Shown here in pieces: positions 1 to 10,960 of a stretch of DNA of 64,000 bases. The translations under genes and the position numbers were made by a program. The notes under the pieces are model-generated. The model was given only the letters and a program-made list of their open reading frames with translations, was not told the DNA's origin and ran no database searches. This DNA comes from Pavona decussata (lineage: Eukaryota). Every line of letters begins with the position of its first letter. The first letter of the stretch is position 1. The stretch lies in the NCBI GenBank assembly GCA_977016875.1, contig CDRNST010000088.1, forward strand, positions 248,001 to 312,000, in the 5' to 3' direction.

Positions 1-506
1 GTGCCACTGAGCTCTAATGTATTTGAGATGAAAACCTGTCATTTTTCATCTCCAATTTCAGAACTAACCCCAGAAATCTTTTTTCCTGAATCAGCAAAAA
101 AATGTAACCTTTTTTGTTGGACCAGTGATGTTGGCTGACCATAATGTTTCAAACCCTACATTTCACATCAGCTCCATATGTTCAATAAAGTACTTTATTA
201 TTCCACTATCATGTCATTTCATCAAAAATATCTGTGCGTATTATTTGTAAAACCATCAAATTAGATATATATATTTAGCTTATAAGACTGCCTCCTCCTC
301 AGAATTTCCAGTAATCAAGCCAAGTGACCAATTTACACTTGTAAGCATGAACATGTACCTGCAGGCATTTTTCTAAAAAAGTAGGTAGCTTTAATCTTGA
401 ATTAGGTGGTTATTCAGCTGCCTGCTTTATCATCTTTATCGTAGAATGCAATGCACAGTTAGACCTGAGTGGACATGCAATAATATTACTTGTTTGGTGT
501 TTGTAG

Positions 507-581
507 GAATTCCCCAGAGTCTTCACCACCTAACAGGCCTCGCAAGCCTTGTAACTGCACGAAATCACAGTGCCTCAAACT
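507..581 (+). CDS. lin54: lin54 exon (start of CXC1)
   Basis: ttgtag|...|gtaagt; [25 protein letters not shown]. Confidence 0.93.
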
Positions 582-3500
582 GTAAGTTGAAGCAGCACCC
601 TTGTTCCGTTACCGGTAATTAACTAAGTGTAGATACTGCTGAAATGATGTCTGAGATGTAACGGTATGGTGAAGCATACAATTTGTGTACATGGATGTAC
701 TTGCAGAAGTATAGTGCTCAGCAATGGTGCAGCGTTGGGAACTCTCACCTCATGCCAATATGGGCTGACATTAACATTTCACTAGATAGCTCTTTTGCCT
801 GGTAGAATCGTGAAAAACCATTGAGATATATTCTGCAGTCAACAGCACAAAAATTAATGAATATTGTACATAACCTTTGTTCCATTTTAAAACTCTTCCA
901 AAATATTCCACATGGTGAAGAATCCCTAACAAACTTGTGAGTTTCTTAAATTCGTTTCACTTGGCTTTTGCAACAAATATTGATTTGGATAAAGCTGATG
1001 GATTTCATTAGCAACTATCCCAAAAGTGCAAATCATTTCAACTATTCTTCACCAATAAAGACATAGCCATTTTCTCCACTGATTCAAAATCCAACTTGAA
1101 CTACATGTACCTCCTTGAGACAAGTTTCTTGCTAAGAATTTCCAGTGAATCAAGATTGGATTGTGCATACAAGCGTACAACCAATCAAGCATTGATTGTA
1201 AATGCAACCTGACATCAACCTGCAATCCATGAGTAAATGAGTGATCAATGCAGATCAGCAAACAAGAGCACTTACCTCACTCATGCACTTTTTTATTACA
1301 GTGTCACTGACGCTGTGTTATAGCAAAAATGGTGCACATACTGGAAATGTGAATGAGGGGGGAGTTTGGGAGAATTTGAAAGCTGATAATCTAAACCTGA
1401 GACTCATGCAACAGTATACTTATTTTAAGTAGAAATTCTCTCAAACTCTGTCAAGTGTTAGTCATTCCCTGGTCCTTTTAAATTACATGTAATCCATGAC
1501 ATTTAAGTATAACACATGGACTTTATATCTGTGTTTAAAATAGCCTTATGGAAAATGGGCACATACTGTACTGAGGATTATCAAAGCATGTGTAATTATT
1601 AGTTTGACCGAAGGACTTCAAGTTAAGATTGCAGAATAAACAAAAAGATCTAAGACAATAATACTCGCATAGTTTCAACAGATGCTTAAAAAGAAGAATG
1701 AATCTCCTTTTAACACTTGTATCTTAACTGGTTGTGACAGGTACTGCGACTGTTTTGCTAATGGGGAATTCTGCAGCAATTGTAATTGCGTGAACTGTTC
1801 TAATAATATGGATCATGAGAAGGAAAGGAGTAAAGCTATCAAGGTATGTGAACATGTGTGTGTAAGTGAATTTTTTTGCAGGCCATCTATTGATACCTGT
1901 AATATGTTATGTACACGTCTGACAGGGCTACCTTTAAAATAAGTGTCTGTTAGACTGCAATACTCAAGTGTAACTTTGAACAGATTACTGCAACTCACTG
2001 ATCAATAGATCTACATGTATAAGTAAACTCTCGTCTTGTTTTGGTTTTATTTTTAGGCTTGTTTGGAGAGAAATCCTCAGGCTTTTCATCCTAAAATTGG
2101 AAAAGGAAGGGTAATAACCACCATTTTCTTATTCTACCATATTATGCTGAGTTAAATACTTACTTCTTGCAATAAAAACATCTTTGTACACAGTTGCCTG
2201 ATTTTTTCAAACACAATTAAGAGCAAGTAATCTGTCTCATAAAATCTCTTCACTTGCAGGGCGATGCTGACAGACGGCATAATAAAGGTAACACAACTAT
2301 GTTCATGTTATTTAGTCTTGGTGGAGCTGTTTTTCATGAATGCATGGTGTGTTTGTCTTATGTTTATTTTTAACTTTTCAAACAGGCTGTCACTGTAAAC
2401 GCTCAGGTTGCCTCAAAAACTACTGTGAATGCTATGAGGTAAGGTTTTGGGTTTTACTTATTCTAAGCATGGTACAATCTATTTTAGTCCTCCAATTAGG
2501 TGTAGAATGCAACTTTGTAACATAAATGGTTACATGTAATTTGCTAAAACACAGATTTCTGAGAAGAACTAAAGCTGTGTTTACATTAATGAATGATATT
2601 GAATGCCTTTATATCAGTAAGGCTTTCATTCCAGCAGGATGTGAACCTTGACACTCAATTTAAATAAAATGTTTTCATATTGGGGTAAATTTTATGTTGG
2701 AACACTTTTTAACTCTTGAATTGACTGGGCATGCCTTGTTTGTAACATGTGTACATTTTTTGATGAGACAAGAATGTTAATCTGGTTTAGCTCTCTGGAT
2801 GAACCCCCAACAGTGTTTATACTCACACTGATTTTGGCGTGGTGTCTAGTAAAGGAACAAGTGCCGTCCGAGTACAGTTGAACTTGCATCAGTGTAAGTC
2901 AGCTACAGTGACAAGTATTTCTACAGCACTAATCCATGATAAATGGCAACTTCAAAGTTAGAATTCAGCAACACTGTACTCAAGGGGTAAGATTGTTCAC
3001 TGGAAAATCCATTTGATTTTTTTTCTCTCATATCTTTGTAGGCCAAGATTTTGTGTACAAATATCTGTAAATGCACAGGATGCAAGAATTTTGAGGAGAG
3101 TCCAGAAAGAAAAACATTAATGCACCTAGCAGATGCTGCAGGTGAGAAACAGTAACAACAAGGCCCTGTTAAGAGTAGGTGACCATGCCAGGGCCCTGTG
3201 CCTGGTCACTGAAAAGGACGTTGTTCAGACTCCTTGGTGTCCGAGGAGTCTGAACATTACATCCTTTTCAGTGACCATGCCAGGGCCCTGTGCCTGGTCA
3301 CAGAAAAGGATGTAATGTTCAGACTCCTTGGTGTCCAAGGAGCAATGGGCCTTTTGTAGCTAACAGTCGCATGGTACATGGTGTAAGTTGCGCACTGGGA
3401 CATCCGAAACAAAGTGACATCATCAGTTAAACTTGAATTTTCCTTGTTTTGCATGTCCCAATGCAAAGCCTTCTCCCCAGCATGGTGGATTTTGTAGTAT

Positions 3501-5604
3501 GTGACTGTTAGCTGCAAAGAGTCTATCGTGTTCTCGTTCATCGATTTAGCGCCCGCCATTTCATTTGCTTTGTAACAGGGAGGCACGAGGAAAAAGCATG
3601 GAACTAACAAAAAATTAATTCAGTTCAGACCATTTCCTGTGCCCAGGAACGGTCGGGCCCGAGTACTGTCCTTGGAGGTAGTGCACACGCCAGGCATGGT
3701 GCCCAGATGTTTGCTTGGCCGCTAACAAAAACAAAAAAAACTATATGCAGACTAGTGTCTGTTCCTTATTCACAAGCACCTTGTCTGAATGGGGCCTAAG
3801 GGACCCTTGCAAACGGTGATCAAAATCTTATGATAATAACTAAATGACCATGGGCACTACTCAGTACAATTTTGCTTTTTAATAACATGAAAATGCAGAG
3901 GTTTGGTCGCTGAATTTGTGTTGCTGCATGCCGCCAGGCATCTGAAGAAACAAAGAATTACCAAAAGCGATGGTCATTGGTTGTGCAATTGATGTTTTGG
4001 ATCTATTTTGTTCTCAGGAGGGTCTTGGATGTCGTCACTATTATGTTTGTAAAATGCAACCATTAGTGTGCATCCCAGACATTCATATTTTGTTGGTACT
4101 AGGGGAGGGCACATTTGAAACTTTTCCTGATTACCCTTGCTTTATTTGCGTAACAAAATCACGTTCTTTTTGATGACTTTTCTCCAGAGGTTCGCGTGAA
4201 GCAACAGAATGCTGCTCGGACCAAACTGGAGTCTCAAATAGAGGATTTGCCATCCAGACCAACCTTCTTAACTAACTCTGGAGAAAGGTTAGTGGTCTGT
4301 TCAATTTCTAGTTCAGTGCTGCTGGGTGGAATGTCATGAATATTTAAGGTGGCTGTCTATTGTTGTGGCTTTGCTGTTGCATTCTGCGCTTGGAAATATA
4401 GTCAAAGTTAATATAGGAGAATGGTTTTGAAGCCAAACGAGCTGCTTTGTTACATGTTTTTGTTAACACTTTTGGCCTTGACTGTGCAAAAACCACAATA
4501 TATTTTGAAATGTGTTGGAGCAACTGGCCAATAGAAACGTTCCTGTTAAAAATTCAGCTGTAGCGTCAACGTTAAAACAAAGGATTGTGCACGGTCGCGG
4601 CCCTTCAAACCTAAATTGCAGCACCATTGTTATCAACTTTGAACATGGCAAGGTTTCATAACCAGTCCCTCAATTAACTATGGTATAGTTTAGATACCTT
4701 GGGTATTTCGTGTAGAGGGTTGACTTTGATTTTAGATATGGTTCTGTCCAGATACGTGTACTGACTGACCGGTTAGCTCATTTGGGGTTCGAAAAGGGTA
4801 GGGGACGTAGTCCCCGGTGTGGTTGTCTATCTCTATCTCTGATTTCATAGATCTGTCTTTCACAGTTAGGTGGGTGGGTGGGTTCAATCTATGGACTGAT
4901 AGCTGCCAGTGGCGCCTTAACATGCTGACGTCCGATCTCACACCACAGAAGAATTTTCAACCACCATTAGACTATGTGATATGTGCAGTATATAAATACA
5001 TTGCCATTATCATGTACCCCGCCGGTTAACAGTGTCATTTCATTTAAATCCATTGCAGTCGTAATAGGAAATGTACTTTTTATTTTGTTTGGCGGCTTTA
5101 TAGGTGAATTGTAACAGATTTCAGTTGTGCTTTAATTTTAGACTGCCATTCTCGTTTGTGACGGATGATGTAGTGCAAGCAACATGTCAGTGTCTGCTGG
5201 CCCGAGCTGCAGATGCTGAAAATGTAAGTTTGTTTCCCTTTGTTTCACTGCTACCCTGACAACATGCAGAGATCCCTGCTATCTTCCTAGAAAAATCTTG
5301 AAGAGGAAGGTCGATGCGTGACATCCTGAAAACCGATTTACCCAATGATTCCTGGAACTTTTTTTAGTATATAGATTTAGTAAACCCACAGACTCACGAA
5401 AAATTTATCACTTTTGACGGACATTTTATTTTTTACGTCTGAAAGCCTGGAGTGGAGCACGCTAGCTAACTCTTGCGTTTCTATCGTCAGGAGGGGAACT
5501 CCCAGGCAATGGTTGAAAAGATGATTCTTGAAGAATTTGGGCGTTGCTTGTTATCAATCATTCACACAGCAAACGGAACTAAAGGCAAGTCTTGTTTCTC
5601 CTGA
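507..5604 (+). CDS. lin54: Protein lin-54 homolog (tesmin/TSO1-like CXC domain protein), 3' part of a multi-exon gene; 5' exons lie before the window
   Basis: Phase-consistent AG/GT exons 507-581, 1741-1843, 2057-2110, 2260-2287, 2386-2438, 3042-3141, 4188-4287, 5142-5223, 5491-5584 (or 5604) translate to [27 protein letters not shown]...[23 protein letters not shown]...[20 protein letters not shown]...[10 protein letters not shown]. This matches the two CXC domains and C-terminus of metazoan LIN54. Confidence 0.96.
1741..1843 (+). CDS. lin54: lin54 exon (CXC1)
   Basis: gacag|...|gtatgt; [34 protein letters not shown]. Confidence 0.95.
2057..2110 (+). CDS. lin54: lin54 exon (inter-CXC linker)
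   Basis: ttttag|...|gtaata; [18 protein letters not shown]. Confidence 0.93.
2260..2287 (+). CDS. lin54: lin54 28-nt microexon
   Basis: ttgcag|...|gtaaca; GDADRRHNK(G); needed to keep the frame. Confidence 0.9.
2386..2438 (+). CDS. lin54: lin54 exon (CXC2)
   Basis: aacag|...|gtaagg; [18 protein letters not shown]. Confidence 0.95.
3042..3141 (+). CDS. lin54: lin54 exon (end of CXC2)
   Basis: ttgtag|...|gtgaga; [33 protein letters not shown]. Confidence 0.95.
3179..3342. repeat. Self-complementary 92-bp unit present in about 1.8 tandem copies (fold-back repeat) in a lin54 intron
   Basis: Arrangement P1-B-P2-B'-P1-B-P2, with P1=gtgaccatgccagggccctgtgcctggtcac and P2=ctccttggtgtccgaggag; gtgacc starts at 3179 and 3271. 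Confidence 0.85.
4188..4287 (+). CDS. lin54: lin54 exon
   Basis: ctccag|...|gttagt; [34 protein letters not shown]. Confidence 0.92.
5142..5223 (+). CDS. lin54: lin54 exon
   Basis: ttttag|...|gtaagt; [27 protein letters not shown]. Confidence 0.92.
5491..5604 (+). CDS. lin54: lin54 last or penultimate coding exon
   Basis: cgtcag|[31 protein letters not shown]. It ends either at TGA 5602-5604 or at a GC donor AAG|GCAAGT at 5585 spliced to 5968. Confidence 0.88.
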   Translation, partial: EGNSQAMVEKMILEEFGRCLLSIIHTANGTKGKSCFS

Positions 5605-6471
5605 TATGTCTTTGTCTGGTTTGTGCTTCCTGTATTTCTTTCTTTTTTCTTTAACTTCACCTCTTTCTTTTTCTACTTCTGTGATTCTGAAATGGAAAAT
5701 CATGGTATTGATAGACTAAAAGCAGTCCCGTATTTTTCTTATGGATAGTAAAGCACGCGAGCGAGCGCGAAAATTGCATCCCGCGAGGACACACGACGCG
5801 CGCGGAGGGATGCGATTGTCTGGGTTGGTGTCAGTCCTAATAAGAAATACATCGATGATGGCTACTCTTTGAAGTTTAGCACATTTTAAAACACTTTTAA
5901 CCAAATTAGCGTGACCTTTTGAGTCAGTACAAATGAAACTTAAGTATTTTTTCATTTGTTTCAACAGAATAATCCATGCACGTGGCATGCCGATCTGTGG
6001 AATCCACATAACGTATCATCCCTAGTCGGTTTTTTTATCATTCTGTCCAGTTATAAAGGAAAGAAACTGGACAACATTGGCAGAATTTTATCTCGTATAA
6101 AGTAGTGTAAATAGAGGTTTGACAACGTTTTTGGCCTGTTTTACCATTTTGAGCATTCAGTGTATGTAAATATTGCGCTGCGCTTTGAAGTGTTGTCTTC
6201 TTCGCTCGCGTGTTGGTGAGCCGATCACCTGAACTGGGCTGGCCTTGTTTGCTGGGCGAGTTGTGCTTACCGAGATAAGTTTTAGTCCTGTGCAGTCCAG
6301 ATTTGGGAGGAGAATGCATCGAGGATTCGAGTGTTGTTTTCTAGCTTGGATTCCCGAGACAAGTTTCCGTAGGCCGTTACCGGCGATTTGGAGGCGGGAT
6401 GCATCGGCGGATTTTGCTGTTCTTACTCCATCACTTTACATGTTTATGCACCAGGGTGAGACTTCTCGATG

Positions 6472-6477
6472 AATAAA
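6472..6477 (+). terminator. Candidate polyadenylation signal of lin54
   Basis: AATAAA about 500 nt after the putative last exon acceptor at 5967, followed by GT/T-rich sequence. Confidence 0.4.
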
Positions 6478-8665
6478 TCTGTCGCGAACTCGTTTCGTTC
6501 AGGCGTGTGTTAAACACACTAGCGTACATCCGTTAGTAAATGAGCTAGCCCATCTCGTGTAATCGGCTCCGTAGATAGCCTTCCGCCCGCGCAGTCGTTT
6601 TAGGTAAGTCGCACGAATCCCCTAAAATAACCAAGTCGGAGGCTACTCTTTCGATTAATTAACAGCATTGTCGCTTTTCCTTCTTGGACAATCGGGAGTC
6701 GAATCTCGTTCTTCTGTAGGAGAACTTAGATATGAAGTTTTCTTGCACACGAGCTTTTCATGCTCCACGGGAAAAGAGGAAATGTCTTTAGTCTACACGC
6801 GTACCCGAGGGAAACCGCGGGATTCGGGACACATGGAAACGTCCGGGACGTTGAAGAAGTTTTAAGAATAGGGAATGAGGATAGTCTAGAGCGGTTTTCA
6901 AGTAACTGTCGTTAAACTAAAACCGATCACTATCGCAGCCATAACTGAGCTCCCTTTGACTCCCCAATGTCAACATGTATTCATTATCCGTACTGTTCTC
7001 CACCGGCATATTTCTTATGCTGCTAGTTAGGAGAATTTGTGCAAGCACAGGGACATTCGATCTTAAAGTGATCATTTTCTTTATTCTAAAAATAAAAATA
7101 AAGTTAAGTTCCAATTATGTGAAGGTGCATGAGGGCTTAGCGAACTCCCAACAATTACTTTGGACTGTTAAAACCGCTCCGTAAGTAATCGGACTTCTGT
7201 ACGTTATATGTATTTCAAACTCAAATCGTCGTGTTATGTTGGTGTCTATCCTTAAATAAAACCCTATAAATAGGCATGACCAAGAACATGCTGTAATTAA
7301 GCCTCTTTTTTTTTTTTTACCCCCAACACCCCCTAGCCTCCTCATCTAAAAAGGCGGAACCCAACAGGCAAATGAAATTACTTCTTGTCTTTGCCATCGC
7401 TTCACAAAGTTTCATTCGTTTCGTCTTGTAATGCCGTCCTCCCCAAGGAAAGTTTGTGTTACCTACACTGTTTGACAGGTGGTGCCGTTTGGGAGGGGTG
7501 AGGGCACGGGAGATTCGAGCGTGAAGCACGATGGGAAGGGGAAGAATAAGCAGTGTCCCAAACCTACCCTGCACGTTATACTCGAGAGGGAGGATTCCCG
7601 AGGCCACGTGACAAGAGAGTACGTGCGACCGATTATCTTTTCCCGGCTCGAAGGAAAGAAAAATAGCTAGGAAACGAGTGTATTTTCAGATTGTAATGGC
7701 TTGTCAGGCGTGGCACTTCCCCTACAGAAAGATTAAAAAAAACACGAGTACATTACGCAACCACTCTTCATAAAATAACACGACCTCCCACACTGCGTTA
7801 CACACGCGGGCTAGGTCACGTTAATACGCGTTTTTTACGCGACCAAATGCGCCGCTCGCACCTATTTTTATCATGTTAGCGGCTGGTCGATCCCGCTGTA
7901 TGACGACTGTGCGAGACAGAAGTGGAACAATACAATATCAAAACTTGTATTTAATTGAGAAACATCACTTCGACCATTAAAAAGAAGTGTCCTTGGGTTC
8001 TGTGCTACAAAAATACTTCATAAATTATTTTGATAATTAACTGATCGCTCTCGTTTATCAGTTCGTTTTCACTCTTCCGTGCACAGTGCAATCATTTCAA
8101 ACATTGTGCAATGAGAAATGTTCACAGCTACCTATGAAGCTTAAATTATCAACAAATAAAATAATACACGCTAATCTTAAATCGAGCAATGACCTACAAC
8201 AACAGAAATCGCAGAAAAAATCGCTTCATTTTTGTACAACATTAATTCGCCCGTGTAGAAAGTCTCATTAAATAACAATAGTAACATAATATCTATCTTG
8301 TCACATCTTGAAGAAAATCCACCGCTTCCAAACTGCCTCATTTACTAACTATTACACTTGACTTCTGATCAATTTGATACGAGATTTTCTTAAATTAGCA
8401 TTGTTTTTACAAAAATACTGTCAAGTGAAATTTTGATACCAAAATTTGGCTCAAAAATGAGAATTCTTTCGTTCTTTGTAGTCCACCCTTAGTTACAAAA
8501 AGGTTGACACATTCCAAATTGATTCTTATTTAAATTTCCCCCTTTCCCCTTCAACTCCATAACCGTTTCAGTATTTCAGTCCTTGTTAAGTTGGTGGAGA
8601 TTTGTCTAAACATTGGCTGAGGATTTTCTGAACCACTGCTGAAATGTAGTTCTAAGTTATCAGAT

Positions 8666-8882
8666 GAGACGGCTTTCAGTTGATTGCGGAAGGTATCATT
8701 CGCGTTTGCGTTGGTTTTGCTTTCTACGCTCTGCAATTGATTGAATTAGCAGCAAACGCATTTTCCCGCGTTTTGCTTCGAGTTCTGATTGGTTCGTTCC
8801 GTTGTTTGCGTCTTTTCATTGGCCGATTGATTGTAGCAACCGCTTTGGTTTTACGACTGCCAGCCAATTGAAAACCGTTCTG
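8666..8882. mobile_element. AGAGCGGTTTTCAA-family element copy in the Kv1 3' UTR region
   Basis: ttttcccgcg...tctgattggttc...aattgaaaaccgttct matches the 20739-21287 family. Confidence 0.55.
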
Positions 8883-8933
8883 ATAACAGAATTATCAGTT
8901 TTGCCCTGTCTTCTTCCAGGTCTCACTTTCCTT

Positions 8934-10670
8934 TCAAACATTGGTTTGATCAAGCTTGGAAAATGAGTTATGCTCTTCTTCAAGTAGTGACACGATCTCT
9001 GAGGGGTTATCTGAGTCAAAATCGATGTCTTTTTCTCGAGAACTTTTCTTTTTGTCGTTGCTGACCGAAGACTCTGAGCCATTCTCTTTCACCTCTTCTC
9101 CTTTTTCTAGCTGGACGACATTTCCGTTCCGCTTGTCATCGCTGATGCCTGTTTTCGTATGATCATTGCCATTTAGCGGTTTGAGTTCTATTTCAAGGCA
9201 TTCAGCAGAAGCCTTGCTGTTTTCAGAAGTTTTTCGAGAAGAGGCAAACACATAACTGACTTTCCTGAATTTATCATCGTCCGGATCTAACTGGCCTTGG
9301 TGTTTCAGCTTGCGACTTCTGTACTTCTTGTAAATCGTGTCAAAATTCGACACAATTACCGGCACAGGTAGGGCAATCGCTAACACACCACAAAGAGCAC
9401 AGCACGACCCAACTAGCTTGCCCCAAAGTGTCTTGGGATACATGTCTCCATAGCCGACTGTTGTCATGGTAACTAGAGCCCACCAGAATGCATCCGGGAT
9501 ACTTCGAAAGTACGATTCTTCGTCGCCATTTTCCGCGTAATAAACCATGCTGGAAAAAATGACTACACCGATAGCGAGGAAAAATATCAAAAGTCCGAGT
9601 TCACGTAAACTCTTCCTCAACGTCATGCCGAGAATTTGCAGTCCACTTGAGTGACGCGAGAGTTTAAAAATTCGAAACACACGCACAAGTCTAAGAATTC
9701 GGAGAAACGCCAGCGAAAAGTTCTGACTGTTGCTGTTCTTGAGCGCTAGCTCAACATAAAACGGCAAAATCGCCAGTAAATCAATCACGTTCAGGAAAGA
9801 ACGAACGAATACCCATTTCTGTGGACTAGCAATCAGTCGCACCAGATACTCGAACGTGAACCAGCTGATGAAAGCTATCTCAAGCTGACCGAACACTGCC
9901 TTCACTGACAGCGCATAGTCGTTATGCTCACGGATTTGCAGTTGTTTGGCGGTGTCGTTTGCAGGAATATTTTCCTCGGGTAAAACCGTGAACTCGGGCA
10001 GTGTTTCTATGCACAAAACGACAATAGACGCCACGATTACTGAAACAGACACCAACGCTAACACGCGTGCCGCTATGCTTGAATCAGGATATTCGAACAA
10101 TCTCCATAGAAACTTCTGTGCCTTCTTTTCCGGCAATTCCTGTTGCTTCTCTGGATGTTCTTCTTCGTTGAGAATGTCTTTAACCGCATTTACAGCGTAT
10201 TCGCCGAGCTCAAAGAATTGCACCTCTTCCAGTAAAATTTCCGGAGCGAGCTCGGGCGGACAGACCAATCGTCCATTTGATTGATAGAAATACAAAATTA
10301 ATTCGAACACTTGAATATTCCGATCAAAGAAATATTCGTCGTGATCCTCATCGTAGAACAGGTCTCGCTTCTCTTTGTTTCCTAGGAGAGTCGTCGGGAA
10401 CCTTTCTAATGTCTTCACATAAGTCATGTATCGGAATCCGGACACGTTCAGAACAATACGACGGCGTTTGGACGGCGCGGAGCGCTTTTTGACGTGACTT
10501 GAAAAGTTTTGTACGCCGCTATCCCCAGAAACTTCTCGATCATCACTGTCTAATTCTTGGTCGCTGTATTTTCCGTCTGCACGATCGGGAGGCACCGCTT
10601 TACTGGTTGTGATTTCCCTTTTCTTCAGCCTCAACGTGATTGCACCATGTGTACTTAAGCTCGCTCCCAT
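8934..10670 (-). CDS. Voltage-gated potassium channel, Shaker/Kv1 (KCNA-like) subunit; core coding exon, 578 aa from ATG 10670
   Basis: T1 domain (RIVLNVSG...EYFFDRN...LYFYQSNGRL), S1-S3, S4 LRILRLVRVFRIFKLSRH, pore DAFWWALVTMTTVGYGD, S6 IALPVPVIVSNF. A polypyrimidine acceptor ttttgttttgtttgtacag|GAGAAATG lies 5 nt upstream of the ATG. Confidence 0.97.
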   Translation of the reverse strand: MGASLSTHGAITLRLKKREITTSKAVPPDRADGKYSDQELDSDDREVSGDSGVQNFSSHVKKRSAPSKRRRIVLNVSGFRYMTYVKTLERFPTTLLGNKEKRDLFYDEDHDEYFFDRNIQVFELILYFYQSNGRLVCPPELAPEILLEEVQFFELGEYAVNAVKDILNEEEHPEKQQELPEKKAQKFLWRLFEYPDSSIAARVLALVSVSVIVASIVVLCIETLPEFTVLPEENIPANDTAKQLQIREHNDYALSVKAVFGQLEIAFISWFTFEYLVRLIASPQKWVFVRSFLNVIDLLAILPFYVELALKNSNSQNFSLAFLRILRLVRVFRIFKLSRHSSGLQILGMTLRKSLRELGLLIFFLAIGVVIFSSMVYYAENGDEESYFRSIPDAFWWALVTMTTVGYGDMYPKTLWGKLVGSCCALCGVLAIALPVPVIVSNFDTIYKKYRSRKLKHQGQLDPDDDKFRKVSYVFASSRKTSENSKASAECLEIELKPLNGNDHTKTGISDDKRNGNVVQLEKGEEVKENGSESSVSNDKKKSSREKDIDFDSDNPSEIVSLLEEEHNSFSKLDQTNV

Positions 10671-10888
10671 TTCTCCTGTACAAACAAAACAAAAGGACAC
10701 TAAATGAGTACAGTGTAGAGCAAATCAGAACAAAATCACTACATGCAACAGGTCTCCGACGCTTCTAACACGATACTTGTACCTAGAGCAAAATGGACAT
10801 TGTGCATTGCGGTGTTTCGCTGTACGAGGAAACTTCGCGACTCGACCGTGGACCACAGAAAAGCACAGACATCGTAGAACTTACTCAC

Positions 10889-10960
10889 CGCCGTCTCCAC
10901 ACCGAGTAAACTTAATCAGTCGCGCGTAAACAAGAAAGAATGTGTTATCATTCAGATAAC
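10889..10960 (-). other. Candidate non-coding 5' exon of the Kv1 gene (5' boundary unknown)
   Basis: Strong donor GCG|GTGAGTAAGT at 10888; no in-frame ATG upstream before a stop. Confidence 0.45.

Noticed and set aside
10671-10700. GTG start extending the channel ORF to 588 aa (MSFCFVCTGE)
   Set aside because: This is the polypyrimidine tract and splice acceptor of a eukaryotic intron, not coding sequence.
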